A stretch of 32,000 nt of DNA from Candidatus Electrothrix sp. GW3-4 (GCF_037902255.1 NZ_CP147990.1:1110001-1142000), one strand, 5' to 3'. Positions 18,699 through 28,071 are shown, counted from the first letter of the stretch. Notes: generated by a model from the sequence alone, not told the origin. Program-made: numbers and translations.

Positions 18699-19336
18699 TG
18701 AGTGAGTCAACGCATTTAACAGACGAAGAAATTTTTCGTCGGATAATACTTCTTTTGTTTGGAGAGTTATATAATCTAAAAATATCAGATAAATTTATAA
18801 GTGACATTAGCTTGTCGGAACTATATGAATTCAGAGGGAATTCGGAATCGTTTCGGAATTTTTGTACGAAATTTAACAGTATTAAATCAAAGGTGGTTCC
18901 CAATATTAGAATTCAAGACAGCGAAAAAATTATTCTTACCCTAGAAGAAATTATGTCTTTGAGGAGAGAACTATTTGGCACCTATAGAAATCAAATGAAA
19001 TCAGAAATTAAAAGGTGCAAGTACCTAGATACAGGAAAGACTGTTGGTGCTATTATGTTTAATGGGCTACAGATAATGAACCCTCTCGTTAGTGCAGGAA
19101 CGAATACTTTTCAAATTTTGACTAATTTGACATCTTTTTTTGATAAAGATAATAGAATTGCTGTTGTTTTAAACAGTTTTTTAAATAAAATTAAAGGCTT
19201 GTCGCCGTTTCGACAATTTGCGTATGAACTTTTTAATTTTCAGAGTCAACTCTTGCCGTCAATCTTTGATCAATCTATTTCTGATGAACCCAAGCTTGAT
19301 GATCTGTTAAAAAGTCAGAAATCAAGAAATCGCTAA
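18698..19336 (+). CDS. Hypothetical protein (AT-rich orphan)
   Basis: 212-aa ORF with no recognised motif. Visibly lower GC than its flanks. Confidence 0.6.
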   Translation: MSESTHLTDEEIFRRIILLLFGELYNLKISDKFISDISLSELYEFRGNSESFRNFCTKFNSIKSKVVPNIRIQDSEKIILTLEEIMSLRRELFGTYRNQMKSEIKRCKYLDTGKTVGAIMFNGLQIMNPLVSAGTNTFQILTNLTSFFDKDNRIAVVLNSFLNKIKGLSPFRQFAYELFNFQSQLLPSIFDQSISDEPKLDDLLKSQKSRNR

Positions 19337-19513
19337 CGACAACTCAAGGGGTTACAAAGCAAAATTCCACAAAATTGGACTTTCTACGAAATTATCAAAC
19401 TTGATTGTCAACACGATATAGCACAAAAAAAGTCTAATTTCATAGTGAGGTTTCTACAATTATTAAGTTGTGCTTCTTGGTTAATTATTAAGAATAATTG
19501 AGCTGATCTTCAT

Positions 19514-19627
19514 ATGGTTACCTCTTTCCAACTCATCTCACCCTTCACCCCCTCCGGCGATCAACCCGTAGCAATCGACAAGATCGCCCAAGGTCTGAAT
19601 GACGGAGCGCAACATCAAGCCGGGTAG
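19514..19627 (+). pseudogene. Diverged duplicate of the uvrB 5' end (37 codons)
   Basis: [37 protein letters not shown] aligns to codons 1-36 of uvrB at 20249. Homology ends at about 19619. Confidence 0.8.
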
Positions 19628-19702
19628 GTCTGCTTGAGTGCAACGAAAGCGGACAGCGTATTTCTCAAATTGTCTGATTTTGTTGCACTCAATCATACCT
19701 AC
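19624..19702. repeat. 21-bp inverted repeat pair (19 of 21 match) separated by 37 bp
   Basis: GTAGGTctgctTGAGTGCAAC ... GTTGCACTCAatcatACCTAC. It starts 4-5 nt after the uvrB homology breakpoint, upstream of hicA. Confidence 0.7.
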
Positions 19703-19743
19703 GCAACTGAATTGAAAAAAAATAAAATCGGAAATAACCTGCT

Positions 19744-19998
19744 ATGGGTAAATATGAAAAATTGATCCTGCGGATTCTTCGCGGTCAAAGCGATGCTAAT
19801 ATCTCATTTTCTGATCTGGTTAATCTGTTGCGGCATTTAGGTTTTGAACTGCGGGTATCCGGCAGTCATCACATTTTCTGCAAGAAAGGAGTTGAAGAAA
19901 AGCCGAATTTGCAGAAAGATGGAAATAAGGCGAAACCGTATCAGGTCAAGCAGGTCAGAAACATGATACTGAAATACAGATTGGGAGATGATATATGA
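19744..19998 (+). CDS. hicA: HicA-family toxin
   Basis: 84-aa ORF. Motif LLRHLGFELRVSGSHHIF. Overlaps hicB by 4 nt (ATGA). Confidence 0.8.
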   Translation: MGKYEKLILRILRGQSDANISFSDLVNLLRHLGFELRVSGSHHIFCKKGVEEKPNLQKDGNKAKPYQVKQVRNMILKYRLGDDI

Positions 19999-20210
19999 CA
20001 AATAAATATGAAATTATTATCTATTGGAGCGAGGAGGATCTTGCTTTTATTGCTGAAGTCCCTGAACTCCCCGGCTGTTCAGCACACGGAGACACGTATG
20101 ATTCCGCCTTGGCGAACATTCAGGATGCCATGAATTTATGGATAAAGACCGCTGAAGAATTCGGTGATCTGATCCCGGCCCCGAAAGGGCGTCGCTTGGC
20201 CTTTGCGTAA
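19995..20210 (+). CDS. hicB: HicB-family antitoxin
   Basis: 71-aa ORF. Motif [30 protein letters not shown] is typical of the HicB N-domain. Confidence 0.8.
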   Translation: MTNKYEIIIYWSEEDLAFIAEVPELPGCSAHGDTYDSALANIQDAMNLWIKTAEEFGDLIPAPKGRRLAFA

Positions 20211-20248
20211 AAGCGCATTGGACAGATTGCCTTTCTTTTAATTATTGC

Positions 20249-22276
20249 ATGTCTTCTACTCCATTCCAACTCATCTCCCCCTTCACTCCCTCAGGCGACC
20301 AGCCGGCAGCGATTGATAAAATCGTCCAAGGCCTGAATGACGGAGCACAGCATCAGGTGCTGCTCGGCGTGACCGGCTCAGGCAAGACCTTTACCATGGC
20401 CCAGGTTATCGCCAAGGTCAATCGACCCGCCTTGGTCATGGCCCCGAACAAAACTCTGGCAGCCCAGCTCTTTGCCGAGTTCAAGGATCTCTTTCCCCAT
20501 AACGCGGTGGAGTATTTTGTTTCGTATTACGATTATTACCAGCCCGAGGCCTATATTCCGGCCTCGGATACCTATATTGAAAAAGATTCGGCCATCAACG
20601 ATGCCATCGACAAGATGCGCCATTCCTCCACCCGGGCCCTGCTCACCCGCGATGACGTGCTCATCGTGGCCTCAGTCTCCTGCATTTATGGACTTGGTTC
20701 GCCGGACGAGTACAAGAACATGCATCTCTTTCTTCAGCGGGACGAGGATTATCCGATGGAGGAGGTCCAGCGACGCCTGGTCTTTATGCTCTACGAGCGC
20801 AACGAAATGTCTTTTCACCGGGGTACCTTCCGGGTGCGCGGCGATGTGATTGACATCTTCCCGGTCTATGAGGAAGACCGTGCGGTGCGGGTGGAGTTCT
20901 TTGGTGATACCATTGACGCGATCTCCATCATTGATCCCCTGCGCGGGGTGGTATTGGAGAATGTGGACGAGCTGACCCTGTTTCCCTCCAGCCACTTTGT
21001 CACGGGCCAGGAAAACCTGCAACGGGCCATGCATACTATTAAGGATGAGCTGCGTGAACGTCTGGATGAACTCTACGCAGAAAACCGTTTGGTCGAGGCC
21101 CAACGCCTGGAGCAACGCACCCAGTTTGATCTGGAGATGATTACTGAACTGGGCTATTGTAACGGCATTGAGAACTACAGTCGCCATCTCACCGGTAAAC
21201 CGCCTGGTGCGCCGCCGCCCAACTTACTCGACTATTTCCCGGATAACTATATCACCATCATTGATGAGTCCCATATCGGGGTGCCCCAGATCGGCGGGAT
21301 GTTCAACGGGGATCGGGCGAGAAAGACTACCTTGGTCAACTTCGGCTTTCGCCTGCCCTCGGCCCTGGACAACCGCCCTTTGCGCTTTGATGAATTTGAG
21401 CAGCGGGTCCATCAGACCGTCTATGTCTCGGCCACGCCTGGACCCTATGAGATGGAAAAATGTGAGGGCCGAATCGTGGAGCAGCTCATTCGTCCGACAG
21501 GCCTGCTTGATCCCCGGATTGAGGTGCGGCCAGCAGGTACCCAGGTGGATGATCTGTTGGAGGAGATCAGGCGTTGCACGGAACGAGGCGAGTCCGTTCT
21601 GGTCACGACCCTGACCAAACGCATGGCTGAGGATCTGACCGAGTATTATGGCAAGGTCGGTGTTAAGGTCCGCTATCTCCATTCGGACATCAAGACCCTG
21701 GAACGGATCGAATTGATCCGGGATCTGCGTCGGGGCGAGTACAACGTATTGGTGGGTATCAACCTGCTGCGCGAGGGGCTGGATATCCCGGAGGTGGCCT
21801 TGGTGGCGATCCTGGATGCGGATAAAGAAGGCTTCCTGCGTTCCGAGCGGTCCCTGGTCCAGACTTGCGGCCGGGCAGCCCGTAATGCCGACGGCACGGT
21901 GATTCTCTATGCCGATAAAATCACCAAATCCATGCAGTACACCATTGACGAGACCAACCGCCGTCGGAAAATCCAGGAGGAATTTAATCAAGAACATGGT
22001 ATTGTCCCGCAGACGATAATCTCTGAGATCAAGGACTCTATGAGCGAACATCTCCGGGCCTCAGGCTGGGTTCCCGAAGACGCTGCCGATGATGCCGGGG
22101 TGCTCAAGGCGGCAGAGCCGGAAATGGTGTATCGTTCTGCTGCTGACCTGCATAAAGATATTAAGCAGCTGGAGAAGCAGATGCAGGAAGCGGCAGATAA
22201 TCTGGCCTTTGAGGAGGCCGCCGCCCTGCGGGATCAGATTAAGGACCTGAAGATGTTGGAGTTGGAACTTGGCTGA
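20249..22276 (+). CDS. uvrB: Excinuclease ABC subunit B
   Basis: 675-aa ORF. Walker [19 protein letters not shown], helicase motifs, and a C-terminal UVR domain ([13 protein letters not shown]). Confidence 0.97.
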   Translation: MSSTPFQLISPFTPSGDQPAAIDKIVQGLNDGAQHQVLLGVTGSGKTFTMAQVIAKVNRPALVMAPNKTLAAQLFAEFKDLFPHNAVEYFVSYYDYYQPEAYIPASDTYIEKDSAINDAIDKMRHSSTRALLTRDDVLIVASVSCIYGLGSPDEYKNMHLFLQRDEDYPMEEVQRRLVFMLYERNEMSFHRGTFRVRGDVIDIFPVYEEDRAVRVEFFGDTIDAISIIDPLRGVVLENVDELTLFPSSHFVTGQENLQRAMHTIKDELRERLDELYAENRLVEAQRLEQRTQFDLEMITELGYCNGIENYSRHLTGKPPGAPPPNLLDYFPDNYITIIDESHIGVPQIGGMFNGDRARKTTLVNFGFRLPSALDNRPLRFDEFEQRVHQTVYVSATPGPYEMEKCEGRIVEQLIRPTGLLDPRIEVRPAGTQVDDLLEEIRRCTERGESVLVTTLTKRMAEDLTEYYGKVGVKVRYLHSDIKTLERIELIRDLRRGEYNVLVGINLLREGLDIPEVALVAILDADKEGFLRSERSLVQTCGRAARNADGTVILYADKITKSMQYTIDETNRRRKIQEEFNQEHGIVPQTIISEIKDSMSEHLRASGWVPEDAADDAGVLKAAEPEMVYRSAADLHKDIKQLEKQMQEAADNLAFEEAAALRDQIKDLKMLELELG

Positions 22277-22841
22277 AAACGACTCCCTATCGGCTTCTGA
22301 GCTTTGCCGATATCAGAAACGACAGGGTATTGCTGCGAACAAGTCAACCTTTGATTGGTAGGATTAATCTGAGGGGTGAAGATGAAAGTATTGCTCTTTG
22401 ACGTTACCACCATGTCATATATATAATGAAAAGTGACGGCATCGTAAAAAAGCCCATCATTATTCAAAAGAAGTTTTGTAATTTGTTGAACTGAAGTGGG
22501 TGGTCGCATATATTTTTTTGTTTTTTTACGAGACCGTCAAGGTTAAACCGTGACGGAGGCGTGTTGTTGAGCTTCCATTACTGATGGTTTCGTAAAAAGT
22601 CCAATTTTGCGAAAAATAGTATTGTAACTCGTTGAATTGCCGTTAACGAATTGCTGTTTTCTGACTTTTTACCAGGCCATCATTGCTGGCAGGCAAAACT
22701 TTGCCTAGCCTTTTTAAGTAGGTCACCTTGAATAATCGACACTTCTTATGCTCCAATATGCCGATAAATCAGTTCGGCAGCTAAATTGGAGTGTCGATTA
22801 TATTTAGCCGGGTACTTATGTTTCATAAGGAGGAAGGAAAG

Positions 22842-24491
22842 ATGAAGAAAACGGTTTTTTTGGGGAGCTGGATATGTGTTTTTGTTACAGTGCTTTTTGC
22901 CGAAGCTCGACCGATCAATGAAACAGAAGCACGACAGGTTGCTCTGAATTGGATGGCCGAAAAATCTGGCCGACAACAGAGCGAGAGTGATCTGACCACG
23001 GCTGCTATTGAACGTAATGGGCCGAATGCGGTGTATTATGTAATAAATTTTGCCAGAGGAGGCTGGATAATTATTTCAGGCGATGATGTAGCCTATCCGG
23101 TTGTGGCTTTTTCCTATCAGGGGACATACTCAACAGCAGAGGATGATCGTCCTGTTCAGTTTAATCAGTGGATGGGAAAGGTGGCAGCTGAGATCCATAA
23201 TGCCGTTGTCGAAAGATCGGTGCCTTTACCAGAAGCACAAGTGTCCTGGAGTAGATTAAATGTTGACTCGGAGAGTTTTACCCCTGCTCCGTTGCTGGAT
23301 TTTGACATTGCACCACTCTTAACGACGACGTGGGATCAGGGGACATATTATAATGCCTCCTGTCCTGCTGATGCAGCCGGGCCGGGCGGTCATGTGTGGG
23401 CCGGATGTGTAGCAACAGCCATGGCACAGGTGATGAAATATCATAACTATCCGGCAACCGGATTTGGATCACATAGCTATGTTGATGCTTCTTACGGTAA
23501 TCAACAGGCTGATTTCGGAGCAACAACCTATAACTGGACATCAATGCCGGATTCACTGTCAACGTATAACGCTGATGTCGCTACCTTACTGTATCATGCC
23601 GGCGTATCGGTAGAGATGGCTTACGGAACTGACGGTTCTGGTGCCAGTACGAGTGATGCAGCGACCGCCCTGAAGACATATTTTAAGTACAGCGATAAAC
23701 TGTATTTTGCCAGTAAAACGGATTATACGGATACAGAGTGGCAGACCCTCTTACAGACGGAACTGAATAACGGTCGCCCGATCATTTACAGAGGAGATGG
23801 GAGCGGCGGACATTCCTTTGTTTGTGATGGTTTGTTAGGAGAAGATTATTTTCATTTTAATTGGGGATGGAGTGGTGACTATAATGGATATTTTTATTTG
23901 AATGATTTAACGCCTGGTAGCCACGATTATACTAACAATCAAGGCGGGATTATGGGGATTACTCCTGCCGTTGTCAATCTCACCTATCCCTATGGAGAAA
24001 GTTTTGAAGAGGGAATGCCTTCAGATTGGTCCGTCAACGGTACGCGAGCAAGTCTTGTCACGGATGATGCTCAGGACGGGACGACCAGCCTTCGCCTGAG
24101 CAGTCCTGCGGAGACGAATTTTAACGAAGAAAATTATGCTGTTCTTAATATTAATGTTCCAGAGCAGGGAGGAGAATTGTCCTTCTGGGTAAAACGTGGC
24201 TATAATCCGGACGCTTCCGACTATAATCAACAATCTGCTTGGTTGGAAACGCAATTTGGTGGTACTGTACTCTACAGTTTTTATGACGGAGATTTTAATG
24301 ATAGTCAATGGGTGCAGTTGAGTAAAGACCTCTCTCCTTGGGCTGGCTCCAATATAAAATTGATTGTGCAACAATTTAATAGTTCAACAACCTATTATCA
24401 ATGGACCTCTCTTGATAATGTGAGCATTACCACAACAACGAATAACATAACCCCTCTACCTGCCATTATGCTTCTCTTGCTAGGCAACTAG
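22842..24491 (+). CDS. Secreted C10-family (streptopain-like) cysteine peptidase with N-terminal Spi-like propeptide and an extra C-terminal domain
   Basis: Start set at ATG 22842 (MKKTVFLGSW.., AAGGAGG upstream). Catalytic Cys context GCVATAMAQVMKYHNYP. His context GGHSFVCDG and HFNWGW. C-terminal tail TPLPAIMLLLLGN*. Confidence 0.8.
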   Translation: MKKTVFLGSWICVFVTVLFAEARPINETEARQVALNWMAEKSGRQQSESDLTTAAIERNGPNAVYYVINFARGGWIIISGDDVAYPVVAFSYQGTYSTAEDDRPVQFNQWMGKVAAEIHNAVVERSVPLPEAQVSWSRLNVDSESFTPAPLLDFDIAPLLTTTWDQGTYYNASCPADAAGPGGHVWAGCVATAMAQVMKYHNYPATGFGSHSYVDASYGNQQADFGATTYNWTSMPDSLSTYNADVATLLYHAGVSVEMAYGTDGSGASTSDAATALKTYFKYSDKLYFASKTDYTDTEWQTLLQTELNNGRPIIYRGDGSGGHSFVCDGLLGEDYFHFNWGWSGDYNGYFYLNDLTPGSHDYTNNQGGIMGITPAVVNLTYPYGESFEEGMPSDWSVNGTRASLVTDDAQDGTTSLRLSSPAETNFNEENYAVLNINVPEQGGELSFWVKRGYNPDASDYNQQSAWLETQFGGTVLYSFYDGDFNDSQWVQLSKDLSPWAGSNIKLIVQQFNSSTTYYQWTSLDNVSITTTTNNITPLPAIMLLLLGN

Positions 24492-24530
24492 GCAGGTTAA
24501 CTTTTAATCTGAGAATCTGGTATCTCTCGA

Positions 24531-25268
24531 ATGAACAAAAACATCCCCCTGAACGAACGAATTATCTTTGCCCTTGATGTCACCTCGCATGAGGAGGCCA
24601 TGGCCTTGGTGGAAAAGCTGGACAGTGAGATCAAGTTTTTCAAGGTAGGGCTTCAACTCTTCTTAGCAGGCTGGTTCCACACCATTGATGCTATTATTGC
24701 CCGTGGCAATAAGGTGATGGTGGATCTCAAATTTTTTGATATCCCGGAGACGGTGAAGCTGGCTGTGGATCAGCTGAAAAATCGGGGCGTCAGCTTTGCC
24801 ACCGTGCATGGCAATGATCCCATCCTGCGGGCCGCTGTCCAGGACAAGGATAGTGAGATGAAGATCCTGGCCGTTACCGTGCTGACCAGCTTTGATGAGG
24901 AGGATATGCGGGCTATGGGCATGACCGGTTCTGTGCGGGATCTGGTCCTGCACCGGGCGCGTAAGGCCCTGGAGATCGGTTGTGATGGGGTCGTCTCTTC
25001 TGCCCTGGAGGCAGAACCGCTTCGCAATGACCTGGGCCCGAATTTTCTCGTTGTGACCCCGGGGATCCGGCCGGGAGCCAATGTGGATGACGGCTCAGAT
25101 GACCAGAAGCGGATCGCCACGGCCAAGCAGGCCATTATCAACGGGGCTGATCATGTAGTGATCGGTCGTCCGATCCGGGATAGTAAAGATCCTATCGCCC
25201 TCATCCGAGATCTCCATAAGGAGATTGCAGAGGGGCTGGCTGAGAAGGAGTCCACCACCGCAATATAA
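24531..25268 (+). CDS. pyrF: Orotidine 5'-phosphate decarboxylase
   Basis: 245-aa ORF. Motifs FALDV, FKVG and DLKFFDIPETV. Confidence 0.9.
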   Translation: MNKNIPLNERIIFALDVTSHEEAMALVEKLDSEIKFFKVGLQLFLAGWFHTIDAIIARGNKVMVDLKFFDIPETVKLAVDQLKNRGVSFATVHGNDPILRAAVQDKDSEMKILAVTVLTSFDEEDMRAMGMTGSVRDLVLHRARKALEIGCDGVVSSALEAEPLRNDLGPNFLVVTPGIRPGANVDDGSDDQKRIATAKQAIINGADHVVIGRPIRDSKDPIALIRDLHKEIAEGLAEKESTTAI

Positions 25269-25390
25269 ACGATCTTTCCCAAAAGGTGGCTGTTGCTGAC
25301 AGGGCAGCGAGGAGAGACCCATGCAGGAGCGATTGCCCTCTTTTGAGGTCGTTAAGGATATGTCTTGTGATAGATTTTGCTGTGGCCAAC

Positions 25391-25419
25391 TGGTCAATAC
25401 TTTGTGTGAATGGTATAAT
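25391..25419 (+). promoter_or_regulatory. sigma70-type promoter with extended -10 upstream of PilZ-1
   Basis: TGGTCA, 17-nt spacer, then TGgTATAAT. Confidence 0.5.
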
Positions 25420-25473
25420 AAAGATATAAAGCGGATGCCCTGTTCTTGAAAAAATCCTGGAGAGAGGCTGCTG

Positions 25474-25944
25474 ATGAATACTATTATAGGATATGTCCTG
25501 CCTGACGAGACAACAAGTATTACCTGTCCCTCCTGTAATAGGGTACGGCGTATCCCTGTGAAAAAATATCGCAAGACTTCCCACTCCTTGACAGCCCGCT
25601 GCACCTGCAATGCCCGGTTTACTCTCCATCTTGATTTCAGGCATTATTATAGAAAGGAAATAGATCTGCCAGGGCTCTGGAAAAAGGCCCGTTCTGCGGG
25701 CCGGGGCTGGCAGGATATGCGGGTCAGGAACCTCTCCCGCGGCGGACTGGGGTTTACGGTGAGCGGGCAACAGCAGCCTGAAGAAAAACAGGCCTTGTTG
25801 GTGGAGTTTCAGTTGGATGATCGAAAGAAGACCAAGATCGTCCAGAAAGTACGGGTCTGTACCGTTCATGGGGACTATGTCGGGTGTAAGTTTATTGACT
25901 TGGGGCTGTTTGAGAAAGAGCTCGGCTTTTATTTATTGCCTTGA
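25474..25944 (+). CDS. PilZ-domain protein with N-terminal MJ0042-type zinc ribbon (paralog 1)
   Basis: CPSC..x18..CTC zinc ribbon. PilZ motifs RHYYRK (RxxxR) and NLSRGGLGF (D/NxSxxG). Confidence 0.8.
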   Translation: MNTIIGYVLPDETTSITCPSCNRVRRIPVKKYRKTSHSLTARCTCNARFTLHLDFRHYYRKEIDLPGLWKKARSAGRGWQDMRVRNLSRGGLGFTVSGQQQPEEKQALLVEFQLDDRKKTKIVQKVRVCTVHGDYVGCKFIDLGLFEKELGFYLLP

Positions 25945-26060
25945 TTGCCTTGAGCTGTCCTTGGCAGGCATCAAGCAGGCATTTCATCACCCCCTTCTTT
26001 GCTCCCCCCATAGGGCAGAGGGCCACAAGAGTTAGGGGAGAGAAAGGTCGGGAAATAAGG

Positions 26061-26143
26061 CCCATTTCGCCCCCTGGGGCGAAACAACAAAGCATGCAAG
26101 GTGATCGGACGACTCCAGGGAGTCATCGGTATTTTTATATAAA
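26061..26143 (+). repeat. Two-hairpin repeat element, copy B (3' of PilZ-1)
   Basis: cccat-TTCGCCCC-ct-GGGGCGAA-acaacaaagcatgcaag..cggacgactccagggagtcatcgg-tatttttatataaa. Homologous to 5382-5466 on the minus strand. Confidence 0.6.
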
Positions 26144-26151
26144 AGGGCAAA

Positions 26152-26185
26152 GGGCGGATCGCTGAAGCGATCCGCCCTTTTTTTT
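26152..26185 (+). terminator. Rho-independent terminator
   Basis: GGGCGGATCGC-tgaa-GCGATCCGCCC, a perfect 11-bp stem, followed by T8. Confidence 0.85.
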
Positions 26186-26344
26186 GCCCCGCTGGTGTTC
26201 TCTTCTCTCTCCAGTCATGCCGGAGAAGACAGAACGATATCTGTCTGCCCGGCAGTGTCCTTCAGGGGCAATTTTCTCTCAGTAACCCCTGCTCCAGGAT
26301 GGAGGAAGACGCAAATTCCTTCTGTCCGTGAGAAAAAAAGGCTG

Positions 26345-26373
26345 TTGATGGATGGAAAAAAGAGCGTTAAAAT
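26345..26373 (+). promoter_or_regulatory. Conserved promoter-like core of module M4
   Basis: TTGATG-N17-TAAAAT. About 130 bp around it are homologous to 27950-28085. Confidence 0.45.
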
Positions 26374-26536
26374 AGGCAGTAAGTGGATGTGGTGACAAGG
26401 CAGAGCTTTGGTGTCCCTAAGAGAGAGGTTTGTTGGCAAGAGGAGGAACGGTTATGGACTGACCCGTGAGGCAATACCGTTGTGCGATATGTACATCGAT
26501 GCTTTTTTTTGAAAAAAAGCTCAAGAGAGGAGACTG

Positions 26537-27007
26537 GTGAATACAGTTATAGCACATGTTCTTCCTGATGATACGGCAAGCATTGTCTGTCCCTTCTGTA
26601 ACAAGGTTCGTCGTATTTCTGTTGAAAAATTTCGCAATACAGCCCATACCCTTACTGTCCGCTGCGCCTGTAAGGCCAAGTTTACTATCCAGCTTAATTT
26701 CAGACAGCAGTATAGAAAGGAAACAGATCTTCCAGGGACCTGGAAAAAGGTCAGTGTTGCTCATCACCTTTGGCAGGATATGCGGGTCAAGAATCTCTCC
26801 CGAGGTGGCTTATGTATGCGTGTGAGCGGGCAGCATCAGCTGGAAGAGAAAGAGGCCTTGTTGGTAGAGTTTCACCTGGATGATCGGAAGGAGACTGAGA
26901 TCGTGCATAAAGTGCGGGTATGTGCCGTAGATGGGGAGTATATCCGAGCGGAGTTTGTTGATTTGGACCGTTACGAAAAAGAGCTTGGCTTTTATCTGCT
27001 CCCTTGA
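26537..27007 (+). CDS. PilZ-domain protein with N-terminal zinc ribbon (paralog 2)
   Basis: GTG start. Collinear with 25474-25944. Same length (156 aa) and same C terminus KELGFYLLP*. Confidence 0.8.
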   Translation: MNTVIAHVLPDDTASIVCPFCNKVRRISVEKFRNTAHTLTVRCACKAKFTIQLNFRQQYRKETDLPGTWKKVSVAHHLWQDMRVKNLSRGGLCMRVSGQHQLEEKEALLVEFHLDDRKETEIVHKVRVCAVDGEYIRAEFVDLDRYEKELGFYLLP

Positions 27008-27089
27008 TTCCCTGTCTATAGGGGGCAACCCCTTGTTTTTATAGAAGAGGAGGGCGGGGCAGCCGATCAGGCGTCTCTTCTTTCATGTC

Positions 27090-27300
27090 GTGTTGTCCTG
27101 ACCCGCTGGGCCGGGAGGGGGATTATATGAAGGTGGTTGGCAAGGCCGACCAGGCTTCTCTCCTTGCATACTTTGTTATTCTGGCCCGCTGGGCCGGGAG
27201 GGGAGTTATACGAAGGTGGTTGGCAAAGCCAACCAGGCTTCTCTCTTTGTATATTTTGCTGTCCTGTCCCGCTGGATCGGAATGAGAGATTATTATGAGG
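27090..27300 (+). repeat. 83-bp tandem repeat, about 2.4 copies
   Basis: CCCGCTGG starts at 27101, 27184 and 27267. Each full unit contains a hairpin GGTTGGC-AAR-GCCRACC (perfect in unit 2). Confidence 0.85.
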
Positions 27301-27391
27301 GGCAGCGGCGAGATGGGATCCTGATCGCTGCGATTCGAAGTGGAGAAGGCCGGAAACAGAGAACAGACCATAAACCAGAGGAGGTGCCATA

Positions 27392-27778
27392 ATGGAACGC
27401 GAATTTCCCACTGATGAAGATGAGATTATCGAATTAGCCCGGAAGATTATCAAGGGGATGACCAATAATCCGGATTTTCCCGACCCACCGGTTCCCATGG
27501 CAGAGTTGCAGAAGCATCTTGATGAGGTGCTCAAGGCAAAACATGCAGAGGCTGTTGCCAAGGAGGCGGAGAGGCAAGCCACGGAGAAGGCGCAGGCTGC
27601 CTGGGAGGAGCTGTATCTGGCCCAGCAGAGTATGCGTGAGTATAATAGGAAGCATGGCATACGCGATAACGATACCCACTTGGTTACCTCTGGCAGGGCT
27701 GGGCAGGCTGACCGTTTTTTTTCTCAGTTCTCTGACCAGGATGAATCCTTGCAGATTCAGAAGAAGGAGAAGGGCTGA
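27392..27778 (+). CDS. Hypothetical protein (family P, paralog 1)
   Basis: 128-aa ORF with GGAGG upstream. Paralogous to 30501-30893; shared motifs are DEDEIIEL, AAWEE and IQKKEKG*/IQRKDKD*. Confidence 0.6.
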   Translation: MEREFPTDEDEIIELARKIIKGMTNNPDFPDPPVPMAELQKHLDEVLKAKHAEAVAKEAERQATEKAQAAWEELYLAQQSMREYNRKHGIRDNDTHLVTSGRAGQADRFFSQFSDQDESLQIQKKEKG

Positions 27779-28042
27779 CCCGGCCTTGCCTGCAAAGGTC
27801 GTGCTGGAAGGACCTGCTCATGAGGAGCAGGTTTGGTTCGAGGCCCTGAATTCCCTGCCGGAATCAGGGCCTTTTTGTCTGACCCTGTCTGTGCTCCTCC
27901 GTTGACATCGCGGCGATCTTGGCAAGCTCATGAAGAGAACTGCAAAGGCAGCAGGGCATTTCGGGGCAGATTTCCCTTCTGCACGGGCCCTTTCAGGAGG
28001 GAAAGGAGGAAAATGCCTTCTGTGGGTGAGGAAAAAAGCCTG

Positions 28043-28071
28043 TTGACGGGCTGAAAAAGGCGCGTTAAAAC
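28043..28071 (+). promoter_or_regulatory. Conserved promoter-like core of module M5
   Basis: TTGACG-N17-TAAAAC. Homologous to 26345-26373 and related to the TTGATGG..TTAATA cores at 17488 and 18423. Confidence 0.5.

Noticed and set aside
19624-19702. Integron attC site next to the hicAB cassette
   Set aside because: The overall size and inverted-repeat form fit. However, the cores GTGCAAC/GTTGCAC do not match RYYYAAC/GTTRRRY, there is no second site after hicB, and there is no intI in the window.
21224-22051. 275-aa minus-strand ORF
   Set aside because: It is antisense shadow of uvrB.
22791-22841. Upstream start for the C10 peptidase
   Set aside because: ATG 22842 is preceded by AAGGAGG and begins a canonical signal peptide (MKKTVFLGSWICVF..).
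25095-25869. 171-aa and 222-aa minus-strand ORFs
   Set aside because: They are antisense to pyrF and PilZ-1. The PilZ reading is supported by domain motifs and by a paralog.
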